DNA of 64,000 nt. Source: Acidimicrobiia bacterium (GTDB lineage Bacteria; Actinomycetota; Acidimicrobiia; Acidimicrobiales; Bin134). Position 1 is the stretch's first letter, and the number at the start of each line of letters is the position of its first letter. The translations under genes and the position numbers were made by a program. Location of the stretch: positions 27,978-91,977 of the forward strand of contig VYCQ01000035.1 in NCBI GenBank assembly GCA_009843865.1. Direction: 5' to 3'. The notes below the pieces were generated by a model. It was not told where the DNA came from, searched no databases, and was given only the letters and a program-made list of their open reading frames with translations. Below are positions 1 through 10,554 of the stretch, piece after piece.

Positions 1-170
1 TGGGCACAGTAATCATCGTTGGGGGCGATGCCAAAGCGGTGCAGCGCATGGGCTTTCGTCCCGCCTCCACACTGCAAGACGCCCTAGAGATAGCAAGCGA
101 CACCGTGGGCAGCGCCCCCACCATCACCCACATTCACAATCCACCTATCTTGATGGCCGATGTCAACTAA
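1..170 (+). CDS. 3' end of an upstream gene cut by the window edge (product not identified)
   Basis: Frame 3 is open from the window edge and reads GTVIIVGGDAKAVQRMGFRPASTLQDALEIASDTVGSAPTITHIHNPPILMADVN, then TAA at 168-170. It overlaps the next start codon by 11 nt. The fragment is too short to assign a family. Confidence 0.45.
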   Translation, partial: GTVIIVGGDAKAVQRMGFRPASTLQDALEIASDTVGSAPTITHIHNPPILMADVN

Positions 171-1059
171 ACAGCGAATTGGCAGGCTTGAGTTCCCCTA
201 TCGTGCAGGACGTACTCCAGCAGGAGTGGCACCTGCATCCCCAAACGCTCGCTGGGGAGCCAACTACGACACCGCATGGGCTCGCAAACCTGTAGCCCGT
301 ATAACCAGAAGAGCGTTAGCGGAAGCTGTTGTGCTACCGGCTGTCACGGTATTGGCCCGCCCCCGCCAAGTAGGGTTAGACCGTTTAGAACGTCTAGAAG
401 GACCGGTGATCTTTGCTGCCAATCACCATAGTCACATCGACACTCCCTTGTTGTTCTCCTCCATCCCGCCTCGCTGGCGTAGCCGACTGGCAGTGGCCGC
501 GGCATCTGACTATTTCTTTGGAGGAGCAATACGCTCAGCAACCTCGGCATTAGTAATTGGGGCCATCCCAATGGAGCGGGGCAAAGTGGGACGGCGCTCG
601 GCACGCCTAGCTGCATCGCTGATTGAGGACGGCTGGAGTCTTCTGATCTTTCCCGAAGGTGGACGCAGCCCCGACGGATGGGGTCAACCTTTCTTGGGAG
701 GCGCTGGTTACCTAGCAGTGCGCTGCGGCGTACACGTCTTACCGGTACATGTAGAAGGCACCGACCGCATCCTGCCCAAAGGCCACCGCCTTCCAAGGGC
801 ATCTAGCACCACGATCACGTTTGGCGATCCTCTAATCCCCACCGCAGAAGAGAATGCTAGACGGTTTGCGGCCCGCATTGAGGTGGCGGTAGCTAGCCTG
901 GCCGATGAATGCGCTACCAACTGGTACCAAGCCCGTCTACGAAACCACGCAGGTACCACACCCTCACTAACTGGCCCCAACGTGTCGTCTTGGCGCAGGG
1001 CTTGGGCTCTAGGCGACCGCTCTCCCCGCTACCACCAGACAAAACACCCCTGGCCCTAA
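160..1059 (+). CDS. Lysophospholipid / 1-acyl-sn-glycerol-3-phosphate acyltransferase family protein (PlsC-like)
   Basis: 299-aa ORF. It carries acyltransferase motif I 'NHHSHIDTP' (HX4D) and motif III 'FPEGGRS'. Confidence 0.8.
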   Translation: MSTKQRIGRLEFPYRAGRTPAGVAPASPNARWGANYDTAWARKPVARITRRALAEAVVLPAVTVLARPRQVGLDRLERLEGPVIFAANHHSHIDTPLLFSSIPPRWRSRLAVAAASDYFFGGAIRSATSALVIGAIPMERGKVGRRSARLAASLIEDGWSLLIFPEGGRSPDGWGQPFLGGAGYLAVRCGVHVLPVHVEGTDRILPKGHRLPRASSTTITFGDPLIPTAEENARRFAARIEVAVASLADECATNWYQARLRNHAGTTPSLTGPNVSSWRRAWALGDRSPRYHQTKHPWP

Positions 1060-1161
1060 CAACGGGTACACACATGACCAACCACTCAGACCTCAACCTC
1101 GCATTGCGCGACAAGACCCACGACAAGACCATTATGTCGATAAACCCATAGGATCAAAGAC

Positions 1162-3432
1162 ATGTCAGTTGCCGCTTCTACTCCTATAAAACTAATCGAA
1201 AATGTCTATTCAACCCTGAGTAAGCGAGTTGATACCGCTCGCGAGCGCTTTGGGCGAGAACTCACGCTGGCCGAAAAAATCCTGTTCAACCACCTTGATA
1301 ATCCTGCTATCACCCCAGAGCGAGGACACACCTACGTAGATCTGCGGCCCGACCGTGTAGCCATGCAAGATGCCACAGCACAAATGGCGTGGCTTCAGTT
1401 CATAACCGCGGGGCTCGACGAAGTGCAGGTGCCCACCACCACCCACTGCGACCACCTCATCACCGCCGAGGTAGATGCTAACCAAGACCTAGCTGCCGCA
1501 CTCGAAAGCAACAGCGAGGTGTATGAATTTTTAGAGTCTGTTTGTGCCCGCTACGGTGCCGGATTCTGGAAACCAGGATCGGGCATTATCCATCAGGTTG
1601 TGCTTGAGCAATACGCCTTCCCCGGGGGCATGATAATTGGCACCGACAGCCACACCCCCAATGCTGGCGGCCTAGCAATGCTGGCTGTGGGGGTAGGTGG
1701 AGCCGACGCAGTGGACGTGATGACCGGCTTTGGTTGGAACGTGCGCTGGCCACAACTCATTGGCGTACACCTAGACGGCCAACTCAACGATTGGGCTGCA
1801 CCCAAAGACGTGATCTTAAAGGTGGCCGAGATCCTCACTGTAGCTGGCGGCACCGGTGCCATCGTAGAGTACTTCGGACCAGGAGCCCACTCGCTATCGG
1901 CCACCGGCAAAGCCACCATCTGCAACATGGGGGCCGAGATCGGGGCCACCACCTCGTTGTTCGCATATGATGATGCCATCGCCCGCTACCTCAAGGCCAC
2001 CGGCCGCGAAGCCGTGGTCAATGCCACCGACGCTGTGGCACTCAACCTGCAAGCCGACCCCGCAGTACTAGCCGACCCCAGCAAATACTTCAATCGTGTG
2101 GTGGAAATTGACCTGTCCACCCTCAAACCCCTCATCAACGGCCCCCATACACCCGACAGAGCTCGCCCAGTTGCACAATTAAGCGCAGAAGCGCAGCTAA
2201 ACGGCTGGCCACTAGAAATAAGTGCCGCCCTAGTGGGCTCATGCACAAACTCAAGCTATGAAGACATAACCCGCGCTGCCAGCATCGCCCAACACGCCGC
2301 AACCCACGGCCTTACAGCCAAAGTCCCGTTAATGGTCACCCCAGGCTCAGAGCAAGTACGAGCCACGATCCAACGCGACGGCTTGCTAGCCGACCTTGAG
2401 GCTATTGGTGCCACCGTGCTTGCCAATGCCTGCGGACCTTGCATCGGTCAGTGGAACCGCAATGATATGGACGAGGGCACCCCCAACAGCATCGTCACCA
2501 GCTACAACCGAAACTTCCCCAAACGTAACGACGGCTACGCATCTACGAACGCCTTCGTGACCTCTCCAGAAACGGTCGTCGCCCTCGCTTTAGCTGGCAC
2601 CCTAGATTTTGATCCAACTAGCGACACAATCACCGCCCCCGACGGCAATGAAGTTGCGCTAAGGGTTGGACACGGCACCGAACTCCCCGAACATGGCTTT
2701 GATCCAGGCGAAAGCGGCTTCGTGGCACCACCCAAACACGGCAACACTGCACAAGTACGGGTTTCACCTACCTCTAATCGGCTACAGCTACTAGAACCAT
2801 TCCCAGCGTGGGATGGGCAGGACTTCCACAGCCTGCCGGTGCTGCTAAAGGCAAAAGGTAAATGCACCACGGATCATATCTCCATGGCCGGGCCGTGGTT
2901 ACGCTACCGAGGGCACCTAGAGAACATCTCCGGTAATCTCTACCTAGGAGCGGTGAATGCCTTCACCGGCGCAGTCGGCGAAGGCAAGAACCAGCTTGAC
3001 GGCACAACAGGGTCGTTCCCTGACATCGCCGCCACGTACCATGCTGTAAAACAGCACTGGGTGATGATAGGCGACCGTAACCTCGGCGAAGGATCATCTC
3101 GAGAACACGCAGCCATGGAGCCCCGCTTTAGAGGCTGTGCCGCAGTGATCGCCCGATCCTTCGCCCGCATCCACGAAACCAACCTCAAAAAACAGGGCTT
3201 ACTAGCCCTTACCTTCGCCGACCCCAACGATTACGACCACATTGGAGAAGACGACCGCATCTCTATCCTCGGTCTGGCCAACTTAGCCCCCAACACGCCG
3301 GTACAAATACAGATAACCAAGCCCAACGGCACAACCCTAGATATCACTGCCGAGCACTCGTTCTCTAACGATCAGATCAAATGGTTCCAAGCAGGCAGTG
3401 CCCTCAACCTGATACGCCAAAGCACCACATAA
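1162..3432 (+). CDS. acn: Aconitate hydratase (about 750-aa, mitochondrial-type aconitase family)
   Basis: 756-aa ORF with the Fe-S and substrate blocks 'GTDSHTPNAGGLA', 'VGSCTNSSYEDI', 'NACGPCIGQWNR' and 'GSSREHAA'. Confidence 0.92.
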   Translation: MSVAASTPIKLIENVYSTLSKRVDTARERFGRELTLAEKILFNHLDNPAITPERGHTYVDLRPDRVAMQDATAQMAWLQFITAGLDEVQVPTTTHCDHLITAEVDANQDLAAALESNSEVYEFLESVCARYGAGFWKPGSGIIHQVVLEQYAFPGGMIIGTDSHTPNAGGLAMLAVGVGGADAVDVMTGFGWNVRWPQLIGVHLDGQLNDWAAPKDVILKVAEILTVAGGTGAIVEYFGPGAHSLSATGKATICNMGAEIGATTSLFAYDDAIARYLKATGREAVVNATDAVALNLQADPAVLADPSKYFNRVVEIDLSTLKPLINGPHTPDRARPVAQLSAEAQLNGWPLEISAALVGSCTNSSYEDITRAASIAQHAATHGLTAKVPLMVTPGSEQVRATIQRDGLLADLEAIGATVLANACGPCIGQWNRNDMDEGTPNSIVTSYNRNFPKRNDGYASTNAFVTSPETVVALALAGTLDFDPTSDTITAPDGNEVALRVGHGTELPEHGFDPGESGFVAPPKHGNTAQVRVSPTSNRLQLLEPFPAWDGQDFHSLPVLLKAKGKCTTDHISMAGPWLRYRGHLENISGNLYLGAVNAFTGAVGEGKNQLDGTTGSFPDIAATYHAVKQHWVMIGDRNLGEGSSREHAAMEPRFRGCAAVIARSFARIHETNLKKQGLLALTFADPNDYDHIGEDDRISILGLANLAPNTPVQIQITKPNGTTLDITAEHSFSNDQIKWFQAGSALNLIRQSTT

Positions 3433-3523
3433 GCAAGCAACTAACCAAACCACACCATCAACAATGCTGCTGATAACAATACTGCTTGGATGCAGCCCTA
3501 GGTTGCAGGACATCTAACCTCTG

Positions 3524-6046
3524 GTGATAGCTAGCGACACACCAGACCCCTATCGCTTACCTCGAGAGGTGATACCTCAGCAGTACGTGCTGCGGCTAAC
3601 TCCAAACCTTGAGTCATTCACATTCACCGGAGAGGTGAGCGTGGACATCCTCGTAACAGAGCCGGTTAACCGAATTATGTTGAACGCTGCTGAGCTGAAG
3701 ATCACCTCAGCCAAGGTGGGCTCCTCGACCATCAGCGACATCCAATACGACCCTGATCACGAACGCGTCACGCTGGAATTGGCCGACCGTCTAGAACCTT
3801 GCATGTCCCAGCTCAACCTGTGCTTCAGCGGTACCTTGAACGAAAACCTCCACGGCTTCTATCGCTCTGTGTTTACCGATTCTGAAGATAACCAGCGAGT
3901 GATCGCTACCACCCAGTTTGAACCAACCAATGCCAGACGAGCCTTCCCGTGCTGGGATGAACCCGATCTTAAAGCCACCTTTGAGGTGACCCTGACAGTG
4001 CCTGAACACCTAATGGCCATCTCCTCAGGCGCAGAAACCTCTTCTCAACAGCTAGGCAACGGTCTCAAAGAAGTGAGGTTCGCTCCCACCATAAAAATGT
4101 CCACATATCTGCTGGCGTTCGTGATAGGACCATTAGAAACCACCAATCCAACCTGGGTGAACGGCACCCCGGTACGAATCATCCACCCCTTGGGCAAGGG
4201 CCACCTCACCGCATTTGCCTTAGAAGCTGCGGTCTTTTGCCTGAACTTCTTTGAAGACTACTTCGACATCGCCTACCCGGGCGACAAGCTAGACCTAGTA
4301 GCAATACCCGACTTTGCCTTCGGTGCCATGGAAAACATGGGATGCGTCACCTTTCGCGAAGCACTGCTGCTAATAGACCCCGCCACTTCCACTCAGCAAG
4401 AACGCCAATCCGCTGCCGATGTGATCGCCCATGAACTGGCCCACATGTGGTTTGGCAACCTCGTAACCATGCAATGGTGGAATGGGATCTGGCTCAAAGA
4501 AGCCTTAGCCACCTTCTGCGAAATGCTCGCCGTAGATGCTTTTCGCCCCGACTGGCAACGCTGGCTGACCTTTGGGTTATCTCGCACCGCTGCCTTTGAG
4601 GTAGACGCTTTAACCACCACCCGTGCAATCGAGTACCCGGTTATTTCACCACAAGATGCAGAGGGTATGTACGACCTGCTCACCTACCAAAAGGGGGCCG
4701 CGACAATACGCATGCTGGAGCAGTTCTTAGGCGCTGAGAAGTTCCGCAACGCCGTACAGTCTTACCTACGACAGCACTCTTACTCCAACACCGAAACCCA
4801 CCACCTCTGGGATGCCTTAACTGCCGCTACGGGTCAACCAGCACGAAATGTAATGGACTCTTGGATATTTCAGGGCGGCCACCCGCTGATAACTGCAACG
4901 GCTGATGCCGACCACAAGGTCACGCTCAGGCAGCAACGCTTTAGCTACAGCCCTCAGACCGAACAAGCCTCCTGGCAAGTACCAATAATTGTGGCCGCTG
5001 CCGACAACCACATCGAACACCTTGTACTAGGCGAACAAGCCGAGCTAAGGGCAACCGCAGAGAACTGGGTCATGCTGAACCCCAATGCTGATGGCTTCTA
5101 CAGGGTGTCTTACCAAAACAACCTGCTAACACGTCTGCTGCAAGACGGCCCGCAACTCAACCCACTCCAACGCTTTATGCTGTTAGACGACCAATGGGCG
5201 TTAACAGTAGCCAAGCAGCTACCACTAACGGAATACCTTCAATTGGCTGCACACATTGCCATCAGCGAAGACAATTTAGCCGTGTGGCAGCGACTCACAA
5301 ACACTCTGTCCACCCTTGACCACCTCAGCAACAACCAAGGCCGTGAGGCACTTCGCCAACAGACACGCAACATGATCGGCCCTACCTATCGCAGGCTGGG
5401 CTGGGAACAAACACTGCAAGAAGACGAACGTACCAACGAGCTACGAGGCGTGCTGGTGTGTAGCCTGGCAACTACCGGCAACGATCAAAATGTCATTGCA
5501 CGCTGTCGACAACTCTTCAACGCTGACGCAACCAACCCTGCCCTCGATGCCGCAGCCACCACAGTTGTAGCAACCACCGGCAATGCCGCAGACTACGAAA
5601 AAATACACCGCCGCCTAGCCGATGCCCCAACTCCACAACTCCAATTGCGCTATCTCACAGCACTCAGTTTATTTACCCAACCAGAGTTGATGGATCGCAC
5701 CCTTGCTGCCACCTTAGACGGAACAATTCGCAGCCAAGATGCAGGGTTTGTAATCCGCGACTGCCTGCGCAACCGCGAACGAGGGGTTCAAGCTTGGAGA
5801 TTTGTGACACAACGCTGGGATGAAATCAATCAAAAGATTCCATCTCAAATCATCCCACGCATGCTTGAAGGCATCTGCGCACTGTCTACCGCCCAACTAG
5901 CCAGTGAGATAACAGCATTCTTGAAAGCTCACCCTGTGTCGCAAGGCCCGCTAATCGTAGCCCAACACCTTGAGCGCCTCCAAGTGAATGTGCAGTTACG
6001 CCAGCGAGTAGCTCAAACGTTAATTAGTTCCAACCACAGCCCTTAG
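3524..6046 (+). CDS. pepN: Aminopeptidase N (M1 family zinc metallopeptidase)
   Basis: 840-aa ORF with a GTG start. It has the exopeptidase motif 'GAMENMG', the zinc motif 'HELAHMWFGN' and the downstream 'WLKEALA' Glu ligand. Confidence 0.92.
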   Translation: MIASDTPDPYRLPREVIPQQYVLRLTPNLESFTFTGEVSVDILVTEPVNRIMLNAAELKITSAKVGSSTISDIQYDPDHERVTLELADRLEPCMSQLNLCFSGTLNENLHGFYRSVFTDSEDNQRVIATTQFEPTNARRAFPCWDEPDLKATFEVTLTVPEHLMAISSGAETSSQQLGNGLKEVRFAPTIKMSTYLLAFVIGPLETTNPTWVNGTPVRIIHPLGKGHLTAFALEAAVFCLNFFEDYFDIAYPGDKLDLVAIPDFAFGAMENMGCVTFREALLLIDPATSTQQERQSAADVIAHELAHMWFGNLVTMQWWNGIWLKEALATFCEMLAVDAFRPDWQRWLTFGLSRTAAFEVDALTTTRAIEYPVISPQDAEGMYDLLTYQKGAATIRMLEQFLGAEKFRNAVQSYLRQHSYSNTETHHLWDALTAATGQPARNVMDSWIFQGGHPLITATADADHKVTLRQQRFSYSPQTEQASWQVPIIVAAADNHIEHLVLGEQAELRATAENWVMLNPNADGFYRVSYQNNLLTRLLQDGPQLNPLQRFMLLDDQWALTVAKQLPLTEYLQLAAHIAISEDNLAVWQRLTNTLSTLDHLSNNQGREALRQQTRNMIGPTYRRLGWEQTLQEDERTNELRGVLVCSLATTGNDQNVIARCRQLFNADATNPALDAAATTVVATTGNAADYEKIHRRLADAPTPQLQLRYLTALSLFTQPELMDRTLAATLDGTIRSQDAGFVIRDCLRNRERGVQAWRFVTQRWDEINQKIPSQIIPRMLEGICALSTAQLASEITAFLKAHPVSQGPLIVAQHLERLQVNVQLRQRVAQTLISSNHSP

Positions 6047-7027
6047 AGACTCGCGCAACGAACTCATAGTGGCTACCACCGAGGTTGGCTCATACCCACA
6101 GTGGGCCATGCAATTATCACAGCGAGGATCCCTACCTCGCCCATAACTATCCCAATCAGTGGTCTCTATCAACTCTGCGTAAGTTGACGTGTAACCATCC
6201 GCCATCAAATAGCAAGGCCGCTGCCAGCCAAACACCGAGTAACTAGGAACCCCCCAAGCCGTGCATTCATAATCCACCTTGCCCTCTAAGAAGTCCAAAA
6301 ACAAAGGCGTGTGGTTAAACCGCCACTTCTTGCGACGACCATCAGCAAACACCTCCTTAAACAATTTCTTGGTTTGCTCCACAGGCAAGAAGTTCGTCTG
6401 ATCAGATGCGCGTTCATAGGCATAACCAGGCGACACCATCATTGAGTCCACCTCTAGATCATCGTTCAAAAAGTCCAACACACTACGTACATCGTCAGGG
6501 CTATCTGTGTTGAAAAAAGTGCTGTTGGTGTTAACCCGAAAACCCTTCTTTTTGGCTACGGCAATGGCCTCAACCACCTCATCAAACACACCCGGCCGAG
6601 CCACAGCCAGATCATGTCGTTCCCTTAACCCATCCACATGCATCACAAAGGAAAAGTAGGGCGAAGGCTCAAACATATGCATCTTGCGTCGCAGCAGCAC
6701 TGCGTTGGTACACAAGTACACGAAGCATTTGCGCTTTACAAGCTCGGCCACCATCTCACCAATCTGAGGGTGCAACAGCGGTTCGCCCCCTGCTATAGAC
6801 ACCATTGGCGCGCCACACTCCTCCATGGCCGCCACTGCATCGGCCACGCTCACCCGCTGGCGCAACACCTCAGTAGGATATTGGATCTTGCCGCACCCTG
6901 GACACTCCAAATTGCAAGCAAAAAGCGGCTCTAACTCCACGATCAAGGGGTACTTTTTGCGGCCGCGTAATCGATTCTTCAGCACATAGATGCCAACCTT
7001 TACGGCTTGGCGAACCGGAATACCCAT
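6020..7027 (-). CDS. hpnH: Adenosyl-hopene transferase HpnH (radical SAM)
   Basis: 335-aa ORF with the radical-SAM cluster motif 'CNLECPGCGK'. The N-terminus (YPLIVELEPLFACNL...GAPMVSIAGGEPLLHP) is typical of HpnH. It is the last gene of the hopanoid operon, and its 3' end overlaps the convergent pepN by 27 nt. Confidence 0.85.
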   Translation of the reverse strand: MGIPVRQAVKVGIYVLKNRLRGRKKYPLIVELEPLFACNLECPGCGKIQYPTEVLRQRVSVADAVAAMEECGAPMVSIAGGEPLLHPQIGEMVAELVKRKCFVYLCTNAVLLRRKMHMFEPSPYFSFVMHVDGLRERHDLAVARPGVFDEVVEAIAVAKKKGFRVNTNSTFFNTDSPDDVRSVLDFLNDDLEVDSMMVSPGYAYERASDQTNFLPVEQTKKLFKEVFADGRRKKWRFNHTPLFLDFLEGKVDYECTAWGVPSYSVFGWQRPCYLMADGYTSTYAELIETTDWDSYGRGRDPRCDNCMAHCGYEPTSVVATMSSLRESLRAVVGTN

Positions 7028-7028
7028 C

Positions 7029-7598
7029 TCAACAAACTTCCTTAACTAGCACCGTCACTAACGCTGGCATAATACGACGAATGGTACGCAATGCCCGAAA
7101 CACTGCGGCTGGAGCACTCAGCGAACGCAGCTCGTGACTAGGCGTGTCGGTAACCACCCGCACCACCGCCGCAGGTCTGCGCTGGCGTTCCAACAACCAG
7201 GCAGACTCCATATCCACCGCTACCGCTCCCATATCGGCCAACTCCTGACGCCGTGCTCCCACCGCTAACCGAGACACGCAAGCCACCGAACCAGTATGCA
7301 CGGTAAAACCAGCGTTGCGAATGTCTTGAGCCACTTTCACAACCTGCGCCAACCCTATGGGAGCAACATCATGTGCCGACACATCAGTTGCCACCACTAC
7401 CTCGCCAGGCGCTATCTCATCTGTAACCGCGCCCGCTATGCCAACCACAACTACTGGTTTGTCAAACAATCCAACACGACGGCTGCGCTTAGGTCCCATT
7501 CCCGTACACAACACCTGAACAGGATCGCTTAGATACCGCACACCCCGACGAACCGCACGAGCCTCCATGGCCATCGGGCACAGCACTACCAAACTCAC
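7029..7598 (-). CDS. hpnG: Hopanoid-associated phosphorylase HpnG (PNP/UDP phosphorylase family)
   Basis: 189-aa ORF with nucleoside-phosphorylase-like blocks ('CTGMGPKRS', 'VVGIAGAV', 'AVAVDMESAW'). It sits between shc and hpnH, with a 4-nt overlap with shc. Confidence 0.7.
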   Translation of the reverse strand: MSLVVLCPMAMEARAVRRGVRYLSDPVQVLCTGMGPKRSRRVGLFDKPVVVVGIAGAVTDEIAPGEVVVATDVSAHDVAPIGLAQVVKVAQDIRNAGFTVHTGSVACVSRLAVGARRQELADMGAVAVDMESAWLLERQRRPAAVVRVVTDTPSHELRSLSAPAAVFRALRTIRRIMPALVTVLVKEVC

Positions 7599-9517
7599 TT
7601 GTCAACACTCATGGCCCGCACCCAACGCCCTAATGCCATCACCGGAAACACCAGCCGATATAAGTGATAGCGGATATAGAAGTCTCCAGAGAACCCGGTG
7701 CCCGTATGCCAAGGCTCATCCCAGTCGCCATCACTGCGTTGACATTCAATAAGCCAGCCCACGCCTCTGTGGGCAGCTTGCGTGTCTGCACGACCGGCAG
7801 CAATCAAACACAGCAAGGCCCAAGCCGTTTGCGAAGGCGTAGACTCCCCACGACCCCGCCACTGCAAGTCCACATAAGAGCGCATATCCTCGCCCCATCC
7901 CCCATCTGAATTCTGCACCGATTCTAACCAATCACAAGCCCGCACCACTAGCGGATCATCGCTGCTGACCCCTGCGCTGATAAGCGCAGGCACCACCGCA
8001 CCGGTACCATAAATATAGTTTGCCCCCCAACGCCCGTACCACGATCCGTCGGCTTCTTGATTGTCACTTAGCCAACGTACACCACGCTGTATGGCTTCTT
8101 GATCCACGCCATATCCATCAGCATCTTTGCCCAACTCACACAACATCTCCACTATATGAGCAGTAACATCAGCCGACGGCGGGTCAATCACCTCCCCAAA
8201 ATCACAAAACGGCAACTCCGCCACCAATGTCGAGCAATTGTCCGCATCAAAAGCTGCCCAGCCACCGTCGCTGCATTGCATCCCTTGAACCCAGCTCACA
8301 GCCCGCTTCAAAGCCTTTTGGGCTGCATTAGCGTCTTCAAGGTCGATCCGCCGCAGTGCTAAAGCAACCTCAGCGGTGTCATCTAAATCGGGGTAGTAGC
8401 TGTTCTCAAACTCAAATGCCCAACCCCCCGGAGACAGGTGAGGACGCTGTTCAGCCCAATCACCCACCACTTGCACCTCTTGGCTCAACAGCCAACTACC
8501 ACCTTTAACCATCTTGGAATGATCACAAGCAACACCAGCGTCTGCTAATGCCACTAATGACAAGCAAGTATCCCAAACCGGTGACTGACAGCACTCCAAG
8601 CGACGCATATCATTTTCAATAATCGTCCAAGTATCAAACCCGGCCAAGCCCTGCGCCATAATAGGATGCTGCAAAGAATAACCCCGCAAGTACAACGCCA
8701 AGAGCGAATACACCCAAGGAGGTTGAATTCCACCCCAGCAGCCATCGGCTTCTTGGCGGGCGATTATCCATTGCTCAGCACGATTCAGTGCCCAATTGCG
8801 TATCCGCCGATAGGGACGATTCTCATAACGATGCAGCAAACGATCTAACTGCTGAAAACGCCTAGCGGGAGATGCCAAAGGTGCTGGTTCTCGCTCAGCA
8901 GACCTAACGCCAGTGCGGATCTCGTCAATGTTAATACCCATTGAGCGCACCGGACGATGCGCTCCTACAACCGTGAGAGCCACCACTGTTTGACGAGCCC
9001 AACAAGCAAAATCATAAATATTTAAGGGCACTTGCTTAGGCAGCAAGATCACCTCAGGCGGTAAGGCAGGCAGGTCATCCCAACTCCAAAGACCAAACAA
9101 CGCCATCCATATCCGAGTAAATACCCGACTGCGCTCCAAGCCACCCTCACTGCGGATATAGGCAGCAGCTTTGATCATGTGATCTGCATCAGCAGGGTCA
9201 CCTGCATATCGCAAAGCCCAATAAGCCTCCACCGTTACCGATAAATCGGATGGACCCTGATAAAACGTAGGCCAAGTCCCGTCAGCACGCTGGGTATGGC
9301 GAATCCAATTGGCTGTTTGGCGGGTAATCTCAGCATCAGCAATACCTAAAAACTCGCGCAAGAACAGATCCTCAGCTTCAATACACACGTTGGTCTCTAG
9401 TTCGCCCTTCCACCAGCCCTGCGATGCTTGCAGGCTGAGGAGGCGATCTACGGCCTTGGACAAACTCTCTACAGCAGCGTTCAAAAGTCCCTCCCGACGA
9501 TAAACTCTGCCAGACAT
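7595..9517 (-). CDS. shc: Squalene-hopene cyclase
   Basis: 640-aa ORF with the catalytic 'DLDDTAEV' (DxDDTA) motif and multiple QW-type repeats (e.g. 'QNSDGGWGE', 'QEADGSWYGRWG', 'QRADGTWPTF'). The start is ambiguous: ATG at 9517 overlaps the upstream gene by 37 nt. The alternative is TTG at 9484, preceded by GGAGG and forming a TTGA start/stop overlap. Confidence 0.95.
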   Translation of the reverse strand: MSGRVYRREGLLNAAVESLSKAVDRLLSLQASQGWWKGELETNVCIEAEDLFLREFLGIADAEITRQTANWIRHTQRADGTWPTFYQGPSDLSVTVEAYWALRYAGDPADADHMIKAAAYIRSEGGLERSRVFTRIWMALFGLWSWDDLPALPPEVILLPKQVPLNIYDFACWARQTVVALTVVGAHRPVRSMGINIDEIRTGVRSAEREPAPLASPARRFQQLDRLLHRYENRPYRRIRNWALNRAEQWIIARQEADGCWGGIQPPWVYSLLALYLRGYSLQHPIMAQGLAGFDTWTIIENDMRRLECCQSPVWDTCLSLVALADAGVACDHSKMVKGGSWLLSQEVQVVGDWAEQRPHLSPGGWAFEFENSYYPDLDDTAEVALALRRIDLEDANAAQKALKRAVSWVQGMQCSDGGWAAFDADNCSTLVAELPFCDFGEVIDPPSADVTAHIVEMLCELGKDADGYGVDQEAIQRGVRWLSDNQEADGSWYGRWGANYIYGTGAVVPALISAGVSSDDPLVVRACDWLESVQNSDGGWGEDMRSYVDLQWRGRGESTPSQTAWALLCLIAAGRADTQAAHRGVGWLIECQRSDGDWDEPWHTGTGFSGDFYIRYHLYRLVFPVMALGRWVRAMSVDK

Positions 9518-10554
9518 CTCATTTCTTGGATGGCCTGAGCGTTCACCGTATTAGTCTGGGCAATAGAGTCTAAAGCCGTCACCGCCTCTTCGAAATGCTG
9601 ACGGGCCAGGGCTTGAGTTTGTTCACGCCCTCCACCTGCCTCCACAAGAACTTGAGCCTTATTCACTGCCGCGTCATCTAATACTGGCTGAGCAGCGACT
9701 AGATCCATTTGTGCGAGATCGGTTTGCGCAAGACCATCCGATATAAAACGACCTTCATCCTGACAACCATAGATTTTAGCGAGTTCTACAGCGACGGAGC
9801 TGCTGTTATTTAGTGCGATTACCACCGGCATAGATTTTTTACAAACTCGCAAATCAGATCCCGCGGGCTTGCCAGTTCGCGCAGGATCACCCCAAATACC
9901 CAAAAGATCGTCAGTAGCTTGAAATGCAATACCGAGGTGCATTCCGAAGTCAGCCAAAGCGCTAATAAACCCTTCATCGGCATCAGCCAAAATTGCCCCC
10001 ACCGAACACGCAAACGATAGAAGCGCCCCCGTCTTACCTCGCTCCATAGCCAAGCACTGCTCCACTGTGATGGTTGGCAAGTGCTCAAAAGCCATGTCCA
10101 TACTCTGACCGGCAATCATTGCAGACACCGCCCGCGTAAGCTCCCCGGCTGCGCGTACCCTAGCCGGGGTCGGGTCGGATAACAAAGTCTCATAAGCCAA
10201 AGCATGCAAAGCATCGCCGGTTATAACGCCCGTGCCCACTCCAAACTTTGCCCATACGGTAGGACGATGGCGGCGCTCAGTATCAGCATCAATTATGTCA
10301 TCATGGATGAGCGAGAAATCGTGAATGAGCTCGATTGCCACCGCCCCAGGAAGCCCCACATGGCTAGTAGCACCTGCGGCTTCCGCCGATAAGAGGGCCA
10401 ATGCAGGGCGAGCGCCTTTGCCCTTACCTTCACAATGATATATCGCGGACATGCTGAGCTCTGGATTCAGCCGCCGCAGAACCTCAAAGATAGCAGGGCC
10501 CACCAAGGCTTTCGCCCGTTCCAAAATGGCTGTAGCCTCCTCAGCACTGCTCAT
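9481..10554 (-). CDS. Polyprenyl diphosphate synthase (trans-isoprenyl diphosphate synthase family)
   Basis: 357-aa ORF with the first Asp-rich motif 'DDIIDADTERRHRPT' and the second 'ATDDLLGIWGD'. It forms an ATGA overlap with the hpnE stop codon. Confidence 0.9.
   Translation of the reverse strand: MSSAEEATAILERAKALVGPAIFEVLRRLNPELSMSAIYHCEGKGKGARPALALLSAEAAGATSHVGLPGAVAIELIHDFSLIHDDIIDADTERRHRPTVWAKFGVGTGVITGDALHALAYETLLSDPTPARVRAAGELTRAVSAMIAGQSMDMAFEHLPTITVEQCLAMERGKTGALLSFACSVGAILADADEGFISALADFGMHLGIAFQATDDLLGIWGDPARTGKPAGSDLRVCKKSMPVVIALNNSSSVAVELAKIYGCQDEGRFISDGLAQTDLAQMDLVAAQPVLDDAAVNKAQVLVEAGGGREQTQALARQHFEEAVTALDSIAQTNTVNAQAIQEMRCLAEFIVGRDF

Noticed and set aside
344-1132. Minus-strand ORFs (152, 90 and 72 aa) and an 80-aa plus-strand ORF overlapping the acyltransferase gene and its 3' flank.
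   Set aside because: They have no motifs, overlap a gene with clear acyltransferase motifs, and are typical spurious frames.
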